This document shows positions 1 through 10,091 of a stretch of 64,000 bases of DNA, piece by piece. The translations under genes were made by a program, and so were the position numbers. Source of the stretch: Deltaproteobacteria bacterium (GTDB lineage: Bacteria; Desulfobacterota; Binatia; HRBIN30; JACQVA1); NCBI GenBank assembly GCA_016210005.1, contig JACQVA010000168.1:9547-73546 (forward strand). Direction: 5' to 3'. The notes under the pieces were generated by a model. That model was given only the letters and a program-made list of their open reading frames with translations. It was not told the origin of the DNA and did not search any database. Position 1 is the first letter of the stretch. Every line of letters starts with the position of its first letter.

Positions 1-164
1 TTTTTGGCGAAAGTACCTCGCGGCGCTACCGCGGCGAATCGGTGCGAGAAACGGCACGCGGCGCCCCCTGTGGCGCGCACAGATGCCCCAGGTGTCGGCG
101 TTCTACGTTCGGGTAGGGTGGCGCTAAGGGGCGAAGATCGACGGGCGTCGCGTGGCGCAACCAT

Positions 165-392
165 TCACCTCATGGCGATCTTGCGCACGGTTTCGACCGC
201 CCAAGGTCTGCCGGTGCGTGCCGGGATACGGTCGGCGCTCAGCTTGGCGGCGATGGCGGCAAAGCTCAACCGCTCACCAGCGCGCGGTTTGCGGCGTAGC
301 CGCTGAAGCAGCGTCACCACTTCGGCTTCACCGGGTCGCGTGCCAAACGGCTTGCGCCTCTCGCGGTTTGGACCGGTGTCACGCGCGGTCAT
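165..392 (-). pseudogene. Orphan helix-turn-helix fragment resembling the region just after the catalytic domain of serine recombinases; no catalytic domain present
   Basis: The minus-strand ORF tail reads RKPFGTRPGEAEVVTLLQRL...GERLSFAAIAAKLSADRIPARTGRPWAVETVRKI. This fits the PxG ... G-x-S-x-x-x-IA-x-x-L ... G-x-x-W-x-x-x-x-V-x-x-I pattern of recombinase-family proteins. There are only about 75 codons from ATG 392 and nothing resolvase-like upstream. Confidence 0.35.
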
Positions 393-490
393 GGGGTTAC
401 CCCCGCGATGCGGACCAAATGCGGACCAGCGTCGGGCAACGTGGGAATACCTCGCGCGGGCAAAGGCTTTTGGGCGCCTCGAAAGGCACG

Positions 491-540
491 TTCGGTTCTT
501 AACCGATTGGTCGCTGGTTCGAGTCCAGCCCAGGGAGCCA
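491..540 (+). other. Truncated tRNA 3' half (Lys-like, anticodon CTT) ending in CCA; acceptor 5' strand and D arm missing
   Basis: Reads TTCGG/TTCTTAA/CCGAT (anticodon arm), TGGTC (variable loop), GCTGG/TTCGAGT/CCAGC (T arm), then CCAGGGA-G-CCA. The 26 nt upstream contain no TCCCTGG-type pairing strand and no D arm. Confidence 0.5.
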
Positions 541-985
541 TTCTTTCTCCACCACGCGCTCGTGGCGGAGGGGCGGTCAACGGCAGCCCCGCGAGGCGAC
601 TCGCGGGGCCGCGCCTGAAACCGCCGATGTCCGCGGGCTTCCGAACCGCGACCCACTCGAGCCCATCGTGGCCGCATCCAAGTGGTGGCTGCGATCGAGG
701 TGATCTTCCACTCGCGATAGTGCTCGGCGAGGTAGCGCAGCCCGCATTGATGTCGGGCAGCTTGGATATCGATCTCCAGTGATCTTTCGTCGGGAACAGC
801 AGGAACGAAGGGGGAAGCAGCCGGCTTGCGTAGAGCGGACGACCAAGCCGCCGGTAGTTGGCGCTATCGGCGCTGGCGGCCGGAGCGTAAGCTTGCCGCG
901 CTTTAGACCGATAGGCTTCCAGAACAGCTGCCACCCTTCGTCGGCCTTTGCCAAGCGCAGGCAGTCGGGGTACAGGGCCTCAGCC

Positions 986-2107
986 ATGGCGACGGACGCG
1001 GAGGAGCTGGGCTTCTGGATCGCCCTGAAGCTGGTGCGCGGTGTCGGCTGCGTCGGCTATCAGGGCTTGCTGCGCGCCTTCGGATATCCCCGGGCGGTGT
1101 TCTCGGCCAGCGTGCACGCGCTCGAATGCGCCGGCGTGCGGCGCGAGGTGGCGCAGGCGGTGCGTGGTTTCGATGGTTGGCCGGCGGTGCGCGAACAGCT
1201 CGCGCGCGCCGAGCGCGCGGGCGCGCGCGTCATCACTTGGGCGGACGCTGAGTATCCCGCCAACCTCAAACAGATCCATGATCCGCCGCCGTTTCTGTTC
1301 GTCCGCGGCCGCTTGCAGGATCGCGATCGGCTGGCGGTGGCGCTGGTCGGCTCGCGCGCGGCCTCGAGTTACGGCTTGCAGCAGACGCGCGAAATGAGCG
1401 AAGGCTTGGCGCGCGCGGGGGTCACCGTGGTGAGCGGATTGGCGCGCGGCATCGACGCCGAAGCCCACGCCGCGGCGGTGCGCGTCGGCGGACGCACCAT
1501 CGCGGTGTTGGGCTGCGGCGTTGACGTAGTCTATCCAAGTGAGCATCATGCGCTGTTCATGGCCATCGCAAACCACGGCGCCGTGGTGTCCGAGTTCCTC
1601 ATGGGCACCAAACCCGACGCGGAGAACTTCCCCAGCCGCAACCGCATCATCTCGGGCCTGTCGCTGGGAACGGTGATCATGGAAGCGACCGAAAAGAGCG
1701 GCTCGCTGATCACTGCCCATGCCGCGCTGGAACAGGATCGCGAAGTCTTCGCCGTGCCCGGGCCGGTCAGTGCCCGCAGCCGCGGCACGCATCGGTTGAT
1801 CCGTGAGGGCGCCAAATTGACCGAACGGGTGGAGGACATTCTCGAGGAAATCGCTCCGCATTTGCTGGCGCGCCGCCCCGAACCCGTTCCCACGGTGACC
1901 CTCGAAGGCCTCGAAGCGGAAGTGGCGGCAGCGCTGGGCGAGCAGACCCGCCACGTCGATGAGTTGATCACCCGCAGCGGACTGGCCGCTAACCAAGTGC
2001 TGGAGGCGTTGTTGCTGTTGGAGCTCAAAGGGCTTGTACAACAGCTTCCAGGTCAGTACTACAGCGCGCGGGGTGCGTTGCCCGCGGCGCGTGCGCCACA
2101 CAAGTGA
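986..2107 (+). CDS. dprA: DNA processing protein DprA/Smf
   Basis: Contains VVSGLARGIDAEAHAAA and GSLITA...EQDREVFAVPG Rossmann-fold motifs and a C-terminal winged-helix-like tail. Start moved to ATG 986 (MATDAEEL), where the DprA similarity begins. Confidence 0.9.
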   Translation: MATDAEELGFWIALKLVRGVGCVGYQGLLRAFGYPRAVFSASVHALECAGVRREVAQAVRGFDGWPAVREQLARAERAGARVITWADAEYPANLKQIHDPPPFLFVRGRLQDRDRLAVALVGSRAASSYGLQQTREMSEGLARAGVTVVSGLARGIDAEAHAAAVRVGGRTIAVLGCGVDVVYPSEHHALFMAIANHGAVVSEFLMGTKPDAENFPSRNRIISGLSLGTVIMEATEKSGSLITAHAALEQDREVFAVPGPVSARSRGTHRLIREGAKLTERVEDILEEIAPHLLARRPEPVPTVTLEGLEAEVAAALGEQTRHVDELITRSGLAANQVLEALLLLELKGLVQQLPGQYYSARGALPAARAPHK

Positions 2108-2113
2108 ACTGAT

Positions 2114-4429
2114 ATGGCAAAGAACCTGGTGATCGTGGAGTCGCCGGCCAAGGCGAAGACGCTCAGTAAGTACCTCGGCCGCGACTACCAAGTGAAAGCC
2201 TCAGTCGGACACATCGTTGACTTGCCCAAGAGCAAACTCGGCGTCGAGATCGCCAAGGGCTTCGAGCCCGAGTACCAGATCATCCACGGCAAGGGCAAGA
2301 TCGTCACCGAGCTCAAACAGGCGGCCAAAGGCAAGGACAACATCTTCCTGGCGCCCGACCCCGACCGCGAGGGTGAGGCGATCGCCTGGCATATCGCCGA
2401 GCGGATCAAGGACAAGACCAATCACGGCCGGATTCACCGCGTGCTGTTCAACGAGATCACCAAGCGTGCGGTGCAGGAGGCGATCAAGAAGCCGCAGCCG
2501 CTCGATCGCCACCTCTTCGATGCCCAGCAGACCCGGCGCATTCTGGACCGTTTGGTGGGCTACCAGATCAGCCCGCTGCTGTGGAAGAAAGTGCGCCGCG
2601 GCCTCTCCGCCGGCCGCGTGCAGAGCGTGGCGGTGCGCATCATCTGCGAGCGCGAGCGCGAGATTCAGGCTTTCGTTCCGGTCGAGTACTGGTCGATCGG
2701 CGCGCAGCTCGAAGGCGACACCCCGCCGCCGTTTGCGGCGCGCTTGCTGCGCATCGGCGATCAGCGGCTCGACCCGGAGAAGTTCCGCGTCGAGAATCAA
2801 CAGCAGGCCGAGGACCTCGTCAGCCGGCTCGGGCGCGCGAGCTGGACCGTCAGCAAGGTCGAGCGCAAAGAGCGCCGGCGTTTCCCCACCCCGCCGTTCA
2901 TTACCTCGCGCTTGCAGCAGGAAGCCTCGCGCAAACTCGGCTTCGCCCCCAGCCGCACCATGCGCATCGCCCAGCGCCTCTACGAAGGCATCGAACTCGG
3001 CGCCGAGGGCGCGGTCGGCCTGATTACTTACATGCGCACCGATTCCATCCGGGTCTCACCCGAGGCCGTGCAGGCCGTGCGCGCGCTCATCGGCGAGCGC
3101 TTCGGGCCGGACTACCTGCCGCCGCAGCCGAACAATTACGCCAGCAAGAAGGGCGCGCAGGACGCGCACGAGGCGATTCGCCCGACCTCGACGGCGTACC
3201 CGCCCGAGCGGCTCACCGCCTTCCTGGCCAAGGAGGAGCTGGCGCTCTACACCCTGATCTGGAACCGCTTCGTTGCCAGCCAGATGGTGCCGGCGGTATT
3301 CGATCAGACCGCCGTCGACATCGCCGCTGCCGACACCACCTTTCGCGCCAGCGGCCAGGTGATGAAGTTCGACGGCTTCATCCGCGTTTACACCGAAGGC
3401 CGTGATGACGATCCGAAGAAGGATGATGAGGACGACGACGAAGCCGAGCGCTCGCTGCCACCGCTGCGTGAAGGCGAAGTGTTGCGGCTGCACGAACTCA
3501 AGCCGGAGCAGCACTTCACCCAGCCGCCGCCGCGTTTCAGCCAAGCCACGCTGATCAAGGAGCTGGAAGAAAAGGGCATCGGCCGGCCCTCGACCTACGC
3601 CTCGATCGTAGCCACGATCCTGGGCAAGGAGTACGTCTTCGAAGACAAGTCGCGCCGGCTGCGGCCGTCCGAACTCGGCTTCCTGGTCACCGACCTGCTG
3701 GTTGACGCTTTTCCCGACATCCTCAACGTCGAGTTCACCGCCGGCATGGAAACCATGCTCGACGAGATCGAAGACGGCAAGGAGCAATGGCGCACCGCGC
3801 TGCAGCGCTTCTACGATCCCTTCCAGCGCGACCTCGAGCACGCCGAGGAACGCATGCGCGACGTCAAGCGCGAAGGCCAGCCGACCGAATTCAAGTGCGG
3901 TACCTGCGGCGGCCAGATGGTGATCAAGTGGGGCCGCAGCGGCGAGTTCCTCGCCTGCTCGCGTTACCCCGAGTGCCGATACACTCGCAACTTCACCCGC
4001 GATGGCGAAGGCGGCCTGACCATAGTCGAGGACGAAGTCACCGACGAGGTCTGCGATCAGTGCGGCCGGCCGATGAAGGTCCGCTTCGGCCGCTTCGGTA
4101 AGTTCCTCGGCTGCACCGGCTATCCCGAATGCAAAGGCGTGCGCTCGCTGGTGCGGCCGGTGCCGACCGGCGTCAATTGTCCCGATTGCAAAGAGGGCGA
4201 GATCATGGAGAAGCGCTCGCGCAACGGGAAGATCTTTTACAGCTGCAATCGCTACCCCAAGTGCCGCTTCGCCACCTGGGAGCGGCCGATCCCCGACCCC
4301 TGCCCACAGTGCAACGCGCCTTTCATCGTCGAGAAGACCACCAAGCGCGCCGGCACCGTGCGCCGCTGCCTCAGTGAAGGCTGCCGCTACAATGAGACCG
4401 TCGAGGAGCCGGCCGCCGAAGCCGTCTGA
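2114..4429 (+). CDS. topA: DNA topoisomerase I
   Basis: Toprim N-terminus MAKNLVIVESPAKAKTL, active-site region ITYMRTDS, and four C-terminal Cys4 zinc-ribbon repeats (CGTCG..C..C and similar). Confidence 0.97.
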   Translation: MAKNLVIVESPAKAKTLSKYLGRDYQVKASVGHIVDLPKSKLGVEIAKGFEPEYQIIHGKGKIVTELKQAAKGKDNIFLAPDPDREGEAIAWHIAERIKDKTNHGRIHRVLFNEITKRAVQEAIKKPQPLDRHLFDAQQTRRILDRLVGYQISPLLWKKVRRGLSAGRVQSVAVRIICEREREIQAFVPVEYWSIGAQLEGDTPPPFAARLLRIGDQRLDPEKFRVENQQQAEDLVSRLGRASWTVSKVERKERRRFPTPPFITSRLQQEASRKLGFAPSRTMRIAQRLYEGIELGAEGAVGLITYMRTDSIRVSPEAVQAVRALIGERFGPDYLPPQPNNYASKKGAQDAHEAIRPTSTAYPPERLTAFLAKEELALYTLIWNRFVASQMVPAVFDQTAVDIAAADTTFRASGQVMKFDGFIRVYTEGRDDDPKKDDEDDDEAERSLPPLREGEVLRLHELKPEQHFTQPPPRFSQATLIKELEEKGIGRPSTYASIVATILGKEYVFEDKSRRLRPSELGFLVTDLLVDAFPDILNVEFTAGMETMLDEIEDGKEQWRTALQRFYDPFQRDLEHAEERMRDVKREGQPTEFKCGTCGGQMVIKWGRSGEFLACSRYPECRYTRNFTRDGEGGLTIVEDEVTDEVCDQCGRPMKVRFGRFGKFLGCTGYPECKGVRSLVRPVPTGVNCPDCKEGEIMEKRSRNGKIFYSCNRYPKCRFATWERPIPDPCPQCNAPFIVEKTTKRAGTVRRCLSEGCRYNETVEEPAAEAV

Positions 4430-4540
4430 CGATTGCGGATCGGCGATTGCGGGTTGCGGATTTGGCGAGACCGCAATGAGACCAGCGTTTTCATTGTTGC
4501 GAGGTGAGCACGCGCCGCCTTGCCACCTTACGGCCAGCTT

Positions 4541-5890
4541 ATGAGTGAGCCCGTTACGGTTATCGGCGGAGGCCTGGCCGGCTGCGAAGCGGCCTGGCAA
4601 TTGGCACGGCGGGGCGTGGCCGTGCGGCTGTACGAGATGCGCCCGGGGCGTACGACCGAGGCGCACCAGACCGATCGACTGGCGGAGCTGGTGTGCTCGA
4701 ACTCCTTTCGCAGCGCCGCGCTCGACAGCGGCGTGGGTTTACTGAAGGCGGAGATGCGGCGGCTGGGCTCTTTGATCATGAGCGTCGCCGATCAGGTGCA
4801 GTTACCGGCCGGCTCGGCGCTGGCGGTTGATCGCGAGCAGTTCGCCGCACGGGTCACCGCCGCAATTGCGGCCACGCCGGAGATCACGGTGGTGCGTGAG
4901 GAGTGTACCGCGTTGCCCGACGGCCTGGCGATCGTGGCGACCGGACCGCTGACCTCGGCGGCGCTTTCCGGCCAGCTGCAAGCGCTGCTGGGCGAGCACC
5001 ACCTCTATTTCTACGATGCCATCGCGCCGATCGTTACCGCTGAGTCGATCGACCGCGCGCAAGTGTTTTCGGCCTCGCGCTACGGCAAGGGCGGCGATGA
5101 CTACGTCAATTGCCCGCTGACGCGCGAGCAGTACTACGCCTTCGTCGATGCCGTGCTGCTGGCCGACAAGGTGCCGGCTAAGGAGTTCGAGCGCTGCGTC
5201 TATTTCGAGGGCTGCATGCCGATCGAGGAGATGGCCCGCCGCGGGCGCGACACGCTCGCCTTCGGGCCGATGCGGCCGGTCGGCCTGATCGATCCGCGCA
5301 CCGGCCGGCGGCCGTTTGCGGTGGTGCAGTTGCGCCAAGATGATCGTGCCGGCCGGCTCTACAACTTGGTCGGCTTTCAGACCAAGATGACCCACCCGGC
5401 ACAGCGGCAGGTTTTGCGTATGATTCCGGGCCTGGCGGCCGCCGAGTTCGTGCGCCTGGGCAGCTTGCACCGCAACACCTTCATCAACTCGCCGGCGTTG
5501 TTGCTGCCGACATTGCAGTTGCGCCGCCAGCCGCGTCTTTGGCTGGCGGGACAGTTGATCGGCGTCGAAGGCTACGTCGAGTCGGCGGCGGCGGGCTTGC
5601 TAGCGGGCCTCAATGTGGCGCGCGTGGTGCGAGGCAAGGCGCCGATCGTGCCACCGGCCACGACGGCGCTGGGGGCTTTGCTGGCATACGTCAGCGACCG
5701 CAGCCGGCGCGGGTTTCAGCCGATGAACGCCAACTTCGGGCTGTTAGCGCCGTTGCCCGGGGCTAGTCGCGGGCGTGATAAGCGCCGCCAGCTGGCTGAG
5801 CGGGCCTCGGCGGAGCTGGAGCAATGGCTGGCGCAGCACGGTTTGGCCGCCGTCGAGCCGGTGGCTGCGGCGGCGGTTGAGCTGGCGTGA
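4541..5890 (+). CDS. trmFO: Methylenetetrahydrofolate--tRNA-(uracil-5-)-methyltransferase TrmFO (Gid)
   Basis: FAD-binding [25 protein letters not shown] and FAGQ-like [16 protein letters not shown] motifs. ATG 4541 is preferred over TTG 4520. Confidence 0.94.
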   Translation: MSEPVTVIGGGLAGCEAAWQLARRGVAVRLYEMRPGRTTEAHQTDRLAELVCSNSFRSAALDSGVGLLKAEMRRLGSLIMSVADQVQLPAGSALAVDREQFAARVTAAIAATPEITVVREECTALPDGLAIVATGPLTSAALSGQLQALLGEHHLYFYDAIAPIVTAESIDRAQVFSASRYGKGGDDYVNCPLTREQYYAFVDAVLLADKVPAKEFERCVYFEGCMPIEEMARRGRDTLAFGPMRPVGLIDPRTGRRPFAVVQLRQDDRAGRLYNLVGFQTKMTHPAQRQVLRMIPGLAAAEFVRLGSLHRNTFINSPALLLPTLQLRRQPRLWLAGQLIGVEGYVESAAAGLLAGLNVARVVRGKAPIVPPATTALGALLAYVSDRSRRGFQPMNANFGLLAPLPGASRGRDKRRQLAERASAELEQWLAQHGLAAVEPVAAAAVELA

Positions 5891-8800
5891 GCGCGTTTAC
5901 CAGTACCGCTGCGGCAACGCTCGCCCGCTTCGGCGTCGATCCCCAGCGTGTGGCGCGCGCCCAAGCCGCCATCCCCCCGGGCGAATTTGGCGCCGCCCTG
6001 GCCGACCTGGTTGCCGGGGCGCCCGATCCGGTGTTGGCGCTGGCCAATTGGGAACGGGCGGCGCAGTGGCCGGAGGCGGTGGCGGTGGTGGCGAGTTGGC
6101 CGGCGGCGCGCTGGCCGCCGCTGTTCACGCTGCTTGGTGGCAGCCAGGTGTTGTCGGCGACCTTGCTGAGCGCGGCGGCGGCGTGGCCCGAGTCGTTTGC
6201 GGCCGTTTTGACGGCCGGCGCCGTCGCGGCCCGCGAGCACATCGGGGCGCTGGCGGCGGCGGTGAGTGCACCGTGGGAGGAATTCGCCGGCGTGCTGCGG
6301 CGCTATCGCAGCCGCGAGTACTTGCGCATCGGCTTGAGTGATCTCACCGGCGGTGTCGAGTTGGAAGCTACGCTGGCCGACCTCACGGCGCTGGCCGAAG
6401 GTGTGTGCGAGGCCGCGTACCGCTGGGCGCGCCACGCGGTGGCGGCGGACTTCGGCGCGCTCAGTCGGCCGGATGGCCGGCCCAACGGCTTCGTGGTCTT
6501 GGCCATGGGCAAGTTCGGTGGCGGCGAGTTGAACTACAGCTCGGATATCGACCTCACCTATCTGTATGAATCCGACCAGGGCGAGAGCGCGGGCGGGCCG
6601 CGCGGGCGGCTGACGGCGGCGGCGTTCTTTATCCGCGTTGCCGAGCTGATTACCCGCGCGCTGCAAGAGCGTACCGATACCGGGTTCGCTTTTCGCGTCG
6701 ATCTGCGGCTGCGCCCCGAAGGGATCAACGGTCCGATCACTAATTCGGTCGACAACGCCTTGCTCTACTACGAATCCTGGGGGCAGACGTGGGAGCGCAC
6801 CGCGCTGATTCAAGCGCGCCCGGTCGCCGGCGATCATGCCGTGGGTCAGCGGTTCCTGCGCGAGGTGCAGCCGTTCGTTTATCGGCGCTATCTCGACTTC
6901 GCCACCGTGGCCGACATGAAGGAGCTCAAGTCCCGTATCGAGCAACAACTGGGGCACAAAACGCGCGGCAACGTGAAACTCGGCCGCGGCGGTATTCGGG
7001 AGATCGAGTTCGTCGTCCAGGCGCTACAGCTGATTCACGGCGGGCGCGACGAGCGCCTGCGCGGGTCGGGCACCTTGCCCGGGTTGCAGCGGTTGGTGGC
7101 CGGCGGGGTGTTGCCGGCGCCGGAAGGGCAGGAGCTGGCGGTAGCCTATCGCTTCCTGCGCCAGGTCGAGCACAAGATCCAGATCGTTCATGAACGGCAG
7201 ACCCATAGCGTGCCCGCCGGGGAAGCCGAGCAAGAGACGTTGGCGCGCCGGCTGGGGCTCGCGAATGCCCCGGCGCTGTGGGCGGCTCTCGAGGCCCACC
7301 GAGCGCCCGTGCGGCGCGCCTTCGAGCAGCTCTTCTACGCGCCGCAAGCGGAGGTTCAGCGCGCTCGTGCCCCCGAGCTGGTGGCGCTGGTGGACGGCTT
7401 GGAGGATGCGGCGCTGGCGCAGGGCGAGCTGGGGCGGCTAGGGTTTGCCGACCCCGAGGCCAGTCATCGCGATCTGATACTGCTGCGCGACGGCTCGCCG
7501 TCGGCCCCGGCACGCCCGGGGCGAAAGAAGGCGCTGCGTGAATTGGCGCCGGTGTTGCTCCAGGCGGTGGTACAATCGGCCAATCCCGATCAAGCGCTGC
7601 ACAACCTGGCCACCTTCATTACCAACATCGGCGCGCGCACCAGCTTTCTGGCGCTGCTGCGCGAGAACCCGGCCACGTTGCAGATGCTGGTGCGCTTGTT
7701 CGCCGGCAGCGAGTTCCTCGCCCAGGCGTTCTTACGCCGCCCGGAGATGCTCGACTCGCTGGTGCGCGCCGATCTGGTGCGCGTGCGCGTGCCCAAGGCC
7801 GCCTTGGTCGAGGAGCTGGGCCGCCAACTGGCGCCTTGTGCCGATTTCGAGGCAGCTCTCGATGTCTTGCGCCGCTTTCGCAACGAGCACTTCTTGCGCA
7901 TCGGTATCAACGACCTGGAGCAGCTGCTGGCGCTCGAGGACGTCAGCAGCGAGTTGACGGCGCTGGCCGAAAGCTGTCTGGAGGCGGCGTACGATATCGC
8001 CGTGGCGGCGGTGCGCGAGAAATTCGGCCGCGCCGCGCCGCCGGGTCAGTTCGTGATCGTGGCCCTGGGCAAGCTCGGTAGCGGCGAGTTGAACTACAAT
8101 TCGGACTTGGACCTGATCTTCATTTACGAAGCGGGCGAGGAGGCGATTGCCCACGAGTTCTTCTCCAAGCTGGCGCAGCGGCTGTTGACGGTGTTGCAAG
8201 TACCGACGACCGAGGGGCTCGTCTATCGCATCGACACGCGGCTGCGGCCGTCGGGGCGGGCGGGGCCGCTGGTATCGTCGCTGGAGTCATTCCGGCGCTA
8301 CCACGAGCAGAGTGCGCGGTTGTGGGAACGCCAAGCGTTGATCAAAGCTCGGGCGGTAGCCGGGGACGCGGCGCTGGCGGCGGCGGTGGCGCCGATCATT
8401 GCGGACTTCGTCTATCGCCGGCCGCTGGCGGAGGCCGAGGTGCGGGAAATGGTGCACTTGCGCGGGCGCATGGAGCGGGAGCTGGCACGCGAGAGCGCCC
8501 AGCAGGTCAACATCAAGACCGGCCGCGGCGGCCTGGTCGATATCGAGTTCGTCACCCAGATGCTGCAGCTGCGTCACGGCAGCACGCACTCAGCGGTGCG
8601 TGTGCGGGCTACCTTGACGGCGCTGGCCGCGCTGCAATCGGCTGGGGTCTTGCCCGCTGCTGACGCTGAGCTGTTGCAGTCGGGTTATCGGTTCTTGCGG
8701 CGGTTAGAGAACCGCTTGCGGCTGGCGCACGACCAGCCGGTCGAGGTGCTCGATCGCGGCGGTATCGATTTGGGGCCGCTGGCACGCCAGCTCGGCCTCG

Positions 8801-8943
8801 GCGGCGCAACCGCCACGCCCGCCGCCGCGGCCGAAGCCCTGTGGCGCGAGTACGGCGAGCGCCGGGAAGGGATCCGCGCCTGCTACGAGAAGTGGTTCGG
8901 CAGTAGCCCGGCGGTAACTCCCGGTGACGACGAGGCGCGTTGA
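5887..8943 (+). CDS. glnE: Bifunctional glutamine synthetase adenylyltransferase/adenylyl-removing enzyme
   Basis: Two nucleotidyltransferase modules ([16 protein letters not shown] and [16 protein letters not shown]) in a protein of about 1000 aa. The GTG start overlaps the trmFO stop (GTGA at 5887-5890). Confidence 0.95.
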   Translation: MSAFTSTAAATLARFGVDPQRVARAQAAIPPGEFGAALADLVAGAPDPVLALANWERAAQWPEAVAVVASWPAARWPPLFTLLGGSQVLSATLLSAAAAWPESFAAVLTAGAVAAREHIGALAAAVSAPWEEFAGVLRRYRSREYLRIGLSDLTGGVELEATLADLTALAEGVCEAAYRWARHAVAADFGALSRPDGRPNGFVVLAMGKFGGGELNYSSDIDLTYLYESDQGESAGGPRGRLTAAAFFIRVAELITRALQERTDTGFAFRVDLRLRPEGINGPITNSVDNALLYYESWGQTWERTALIQARPVAGDHAVGQRFLREVQPFVYRRYLDFATVADMKELKSRIEQQLGHKTRGNVKLGRGGIREIEFVVQALQLIHGGRDERLRGSGTLPGLQRLVAGGVLPAPEGQELAVAYRFLRQVEHKIQIVHERQTHSVPAGEAEQETLARRLGLANAPALWAALEAHRAPVRRAFEQLFYAPQAEVQRARAPELVALVDGLEDAALAQGELGRLGFADPEASHRDLILLRDGSPSAPARPGRKKALRELAPVLLQAVVQSANPDQALHNLATFITNIGARTSFLALLRENPATLQMLVRLFAGSEFLAQAFLRRPEMLDSLVRADLVRVRVPKAALVEELGRQLAPCADFEAALDVLRRFRNEHFLRIGINDLEQLLALEDVSSELTALAESCLEAAYDIAVAAVREKFGRAAPPGQFVIVALGKLGSGELNYNSDLDLIFIYEAGEEAIAHEFFSKLAQRLLTVLQVPTTEGLVYRIDTRLRPSGRAGPLVSSLESFRRYHEQSARLWERQALIKARAVAGDAALAAAVAPIIADFVYRRPLAEAEVREMVHLRGRMERELARESAQQVNIKTGRGGLVDIEFVTQMLQLRHGSTHSAVRVRATLTALAALQSAGVLPAADAELLQSGYRFLRRLENRLRLAHDQPVEVLDRGGIDLGPLARQLGLGGATATPAAAAEALWREYGERREGIRACYEKWFGSSPAVTPGDDEAR

Positions 8944-9021
8944 CTTCGCCGGCTAGGTTCGGATAGGGGCGGCGTGACGGCCGCCTTGACGCCGAGCGAT
9001 GGCGGCCGAAGGAATCGAGTG

Positions 9022-9945
9022 ATGGAGAAGAGCGAGCAAATCTGGCTTGACGGAAAGTTCCTGCCGTGGGACGCGGCGCAGGTGCATGTGCTGACCCACA
9101 CGCTGCACTATGGTCTCGGGGTCTTCGAGGGCATTCGCTGCTACCAGGGCGAGGGCAGCCGCTCGGCGATTTTTCGCTTACCGGAACACATCGATCGGCT
9201 GTTCGGCGGCGCCCACATTCTGGGGCTGAAGATTCCCTTCAGCCGCGCTGACATCACCCAGGCGTGCGTGGCAGCGGTGCGGCTGAATCGCCTGCGCTCG
9301 TGTTACATTCGGCCGCTGGTGTTCCTCGGTGCCGGCGAGATGGGCCTGGCGGCGGTGCACAACCCGGTGCGGGTGGCGGTGGTGGCGTGGCACTGGGGCG
9401 CGTATCTCGGCGACGAAGGCGTGCGCAAAGGCATCCGCTTGAAGACCTCCTCGTTCGCGCGCTTTCACATCAACACGCTGATGACCAAAGCGAAGGCCGT
9501 GGGCCATTATGTCAACTCGATCCTGGCGGCCGTTGAGGCCCGCCGCCTCGGCTACGACGAGGCGCTCATGCTCGATACCGACGGCTACGTCGCGGAGTGC
9601 AGCGGGGAGAACATTTTTGCGGTTCGCAACGGCGTGGTGCAAACGCCGCCGCTGGGCTCGGTGTTGCCCGGCATTACCCGCGACTCGGTGATTGCCTTGT
9701 TGGCGGAGCAGGGGCTGGTGGTACGCGAGGAGCGCTTTACGCGGGATGCGCTTTACGTTGCTGACGAGGTGTTTATGACCGGCACCGCTGCGGAGGTAAC
9801 ACCGGTGCGCGAGGTCGATGATCGCGAGGTCGGTCCCGGCCACCCGGGTGAGATCACGCGCCAGTTGCAGCAGCTGTTTGCGCGGGTGACTGCCGGGGCG
9901 GAACCGCGTTACGAACGCTGGCTGACGCCGATTCAGTGGAGCTAA
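9022..9945 (+). CDS. ilvE: Branched-chain amino acid aminotransferase (class IV)
   Basis: Contains IWLDGKF..W..A.VHV.TH.LHYG.GVFEG.RCY, the EC(S)GENIF motif and LPGITR. ATG 9022 follows AAGGAA. Confidence 0.93.
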   Translation: MEKSEQIWLDGKFLPWDAAQVHVLTHTLHYGLGVFEGIRCYQGEGSRSAIFRLPEHIDRLFGGAHILGLKIPFSRADITQACVAAVRLNRLRSCYIRPLVFLGAGEMGLAAVHNPVRVAVVAWHWGAYLGDEGVRKGIRLKTSSFARFHINTLMTKAKAVGHYVNSILAAVEARRLGYDEALMLDTDGYVAECSGENIFAVRNGVVQTPPLGSVLPGITRDSVIALLAEQGLVVREERFTRDALYVADEVFMTGTAAEVTPVREVDDREVGPGHPGEITRQLQQLFARVTAGAEPRYERWLTPIQWS

Positions 9946-9980
9946 GATAGCGTCGGCAGATGGGTTTCCCGGGATTTGGC

Positions 9981-10009
9981 TTGACACACCAGGGGTCGGG
10001 CAGTATAAA
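9981..10009 (+). promoter_or_regulatory. Near-consensus sigma70 promoter for paralog unit 1 (TTGACA-17 nt-TATAAA)
   Basis: TTGACA at 9981-9986, a 17-nt spacer, and TATAAA at 10004-10009. It lies about 80 nt upstream of ATG 10092. Confidence 0.65.
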
Positions 10010-10091
10010 CCTCGACCCTGTGATGGGCTGCGTGCGAGGGCGGTGGGTGTCCCAACTCATGCAATGGGGAAATTGGGGAAGGAGAGCCTGG

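Noticed and set aside
465-540. A complete tRNA gene ending at 540
   Set aside because: The 3' half folds perfectly, but the preceding 26 nt provide neither a strand complementary to CCAGGGA nor a D arm. It is reported as a truncated tRNA instead.
541-985. Frame-shifted fragments of a transposase or integrase on the minus strand upstream of dprA
   Set aside because: The three partial reading frames contain no motif I can assign. The region is left unannotated.
4430-4520. GATTGCGG direct repeats and an ATTGCGG...CCGCAAT inverted repeat after topA, as a terminator or REP element
   Set aside because: The stem is short (6-7 bp) with a long loop and no convincing T-tract. This is too weak to call by eye.
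3056-4666. Long antisense ORFs (536 aa opposite topA; 413 aa opposite glnE at 5716-6957; 403 aa opposite dprA at 980-2191; 328 aa opposite paralog B1 at 11173-12159; 382 aa opposite pepN at 52586-53734, among others)
   Set aside because: Each lies opposite a gene with clear family motifs. Their composition (Arg/Ala/Gly/Pro-rich, no motifs) is typical of the stop-codon scarcity of GC-rich DNA.
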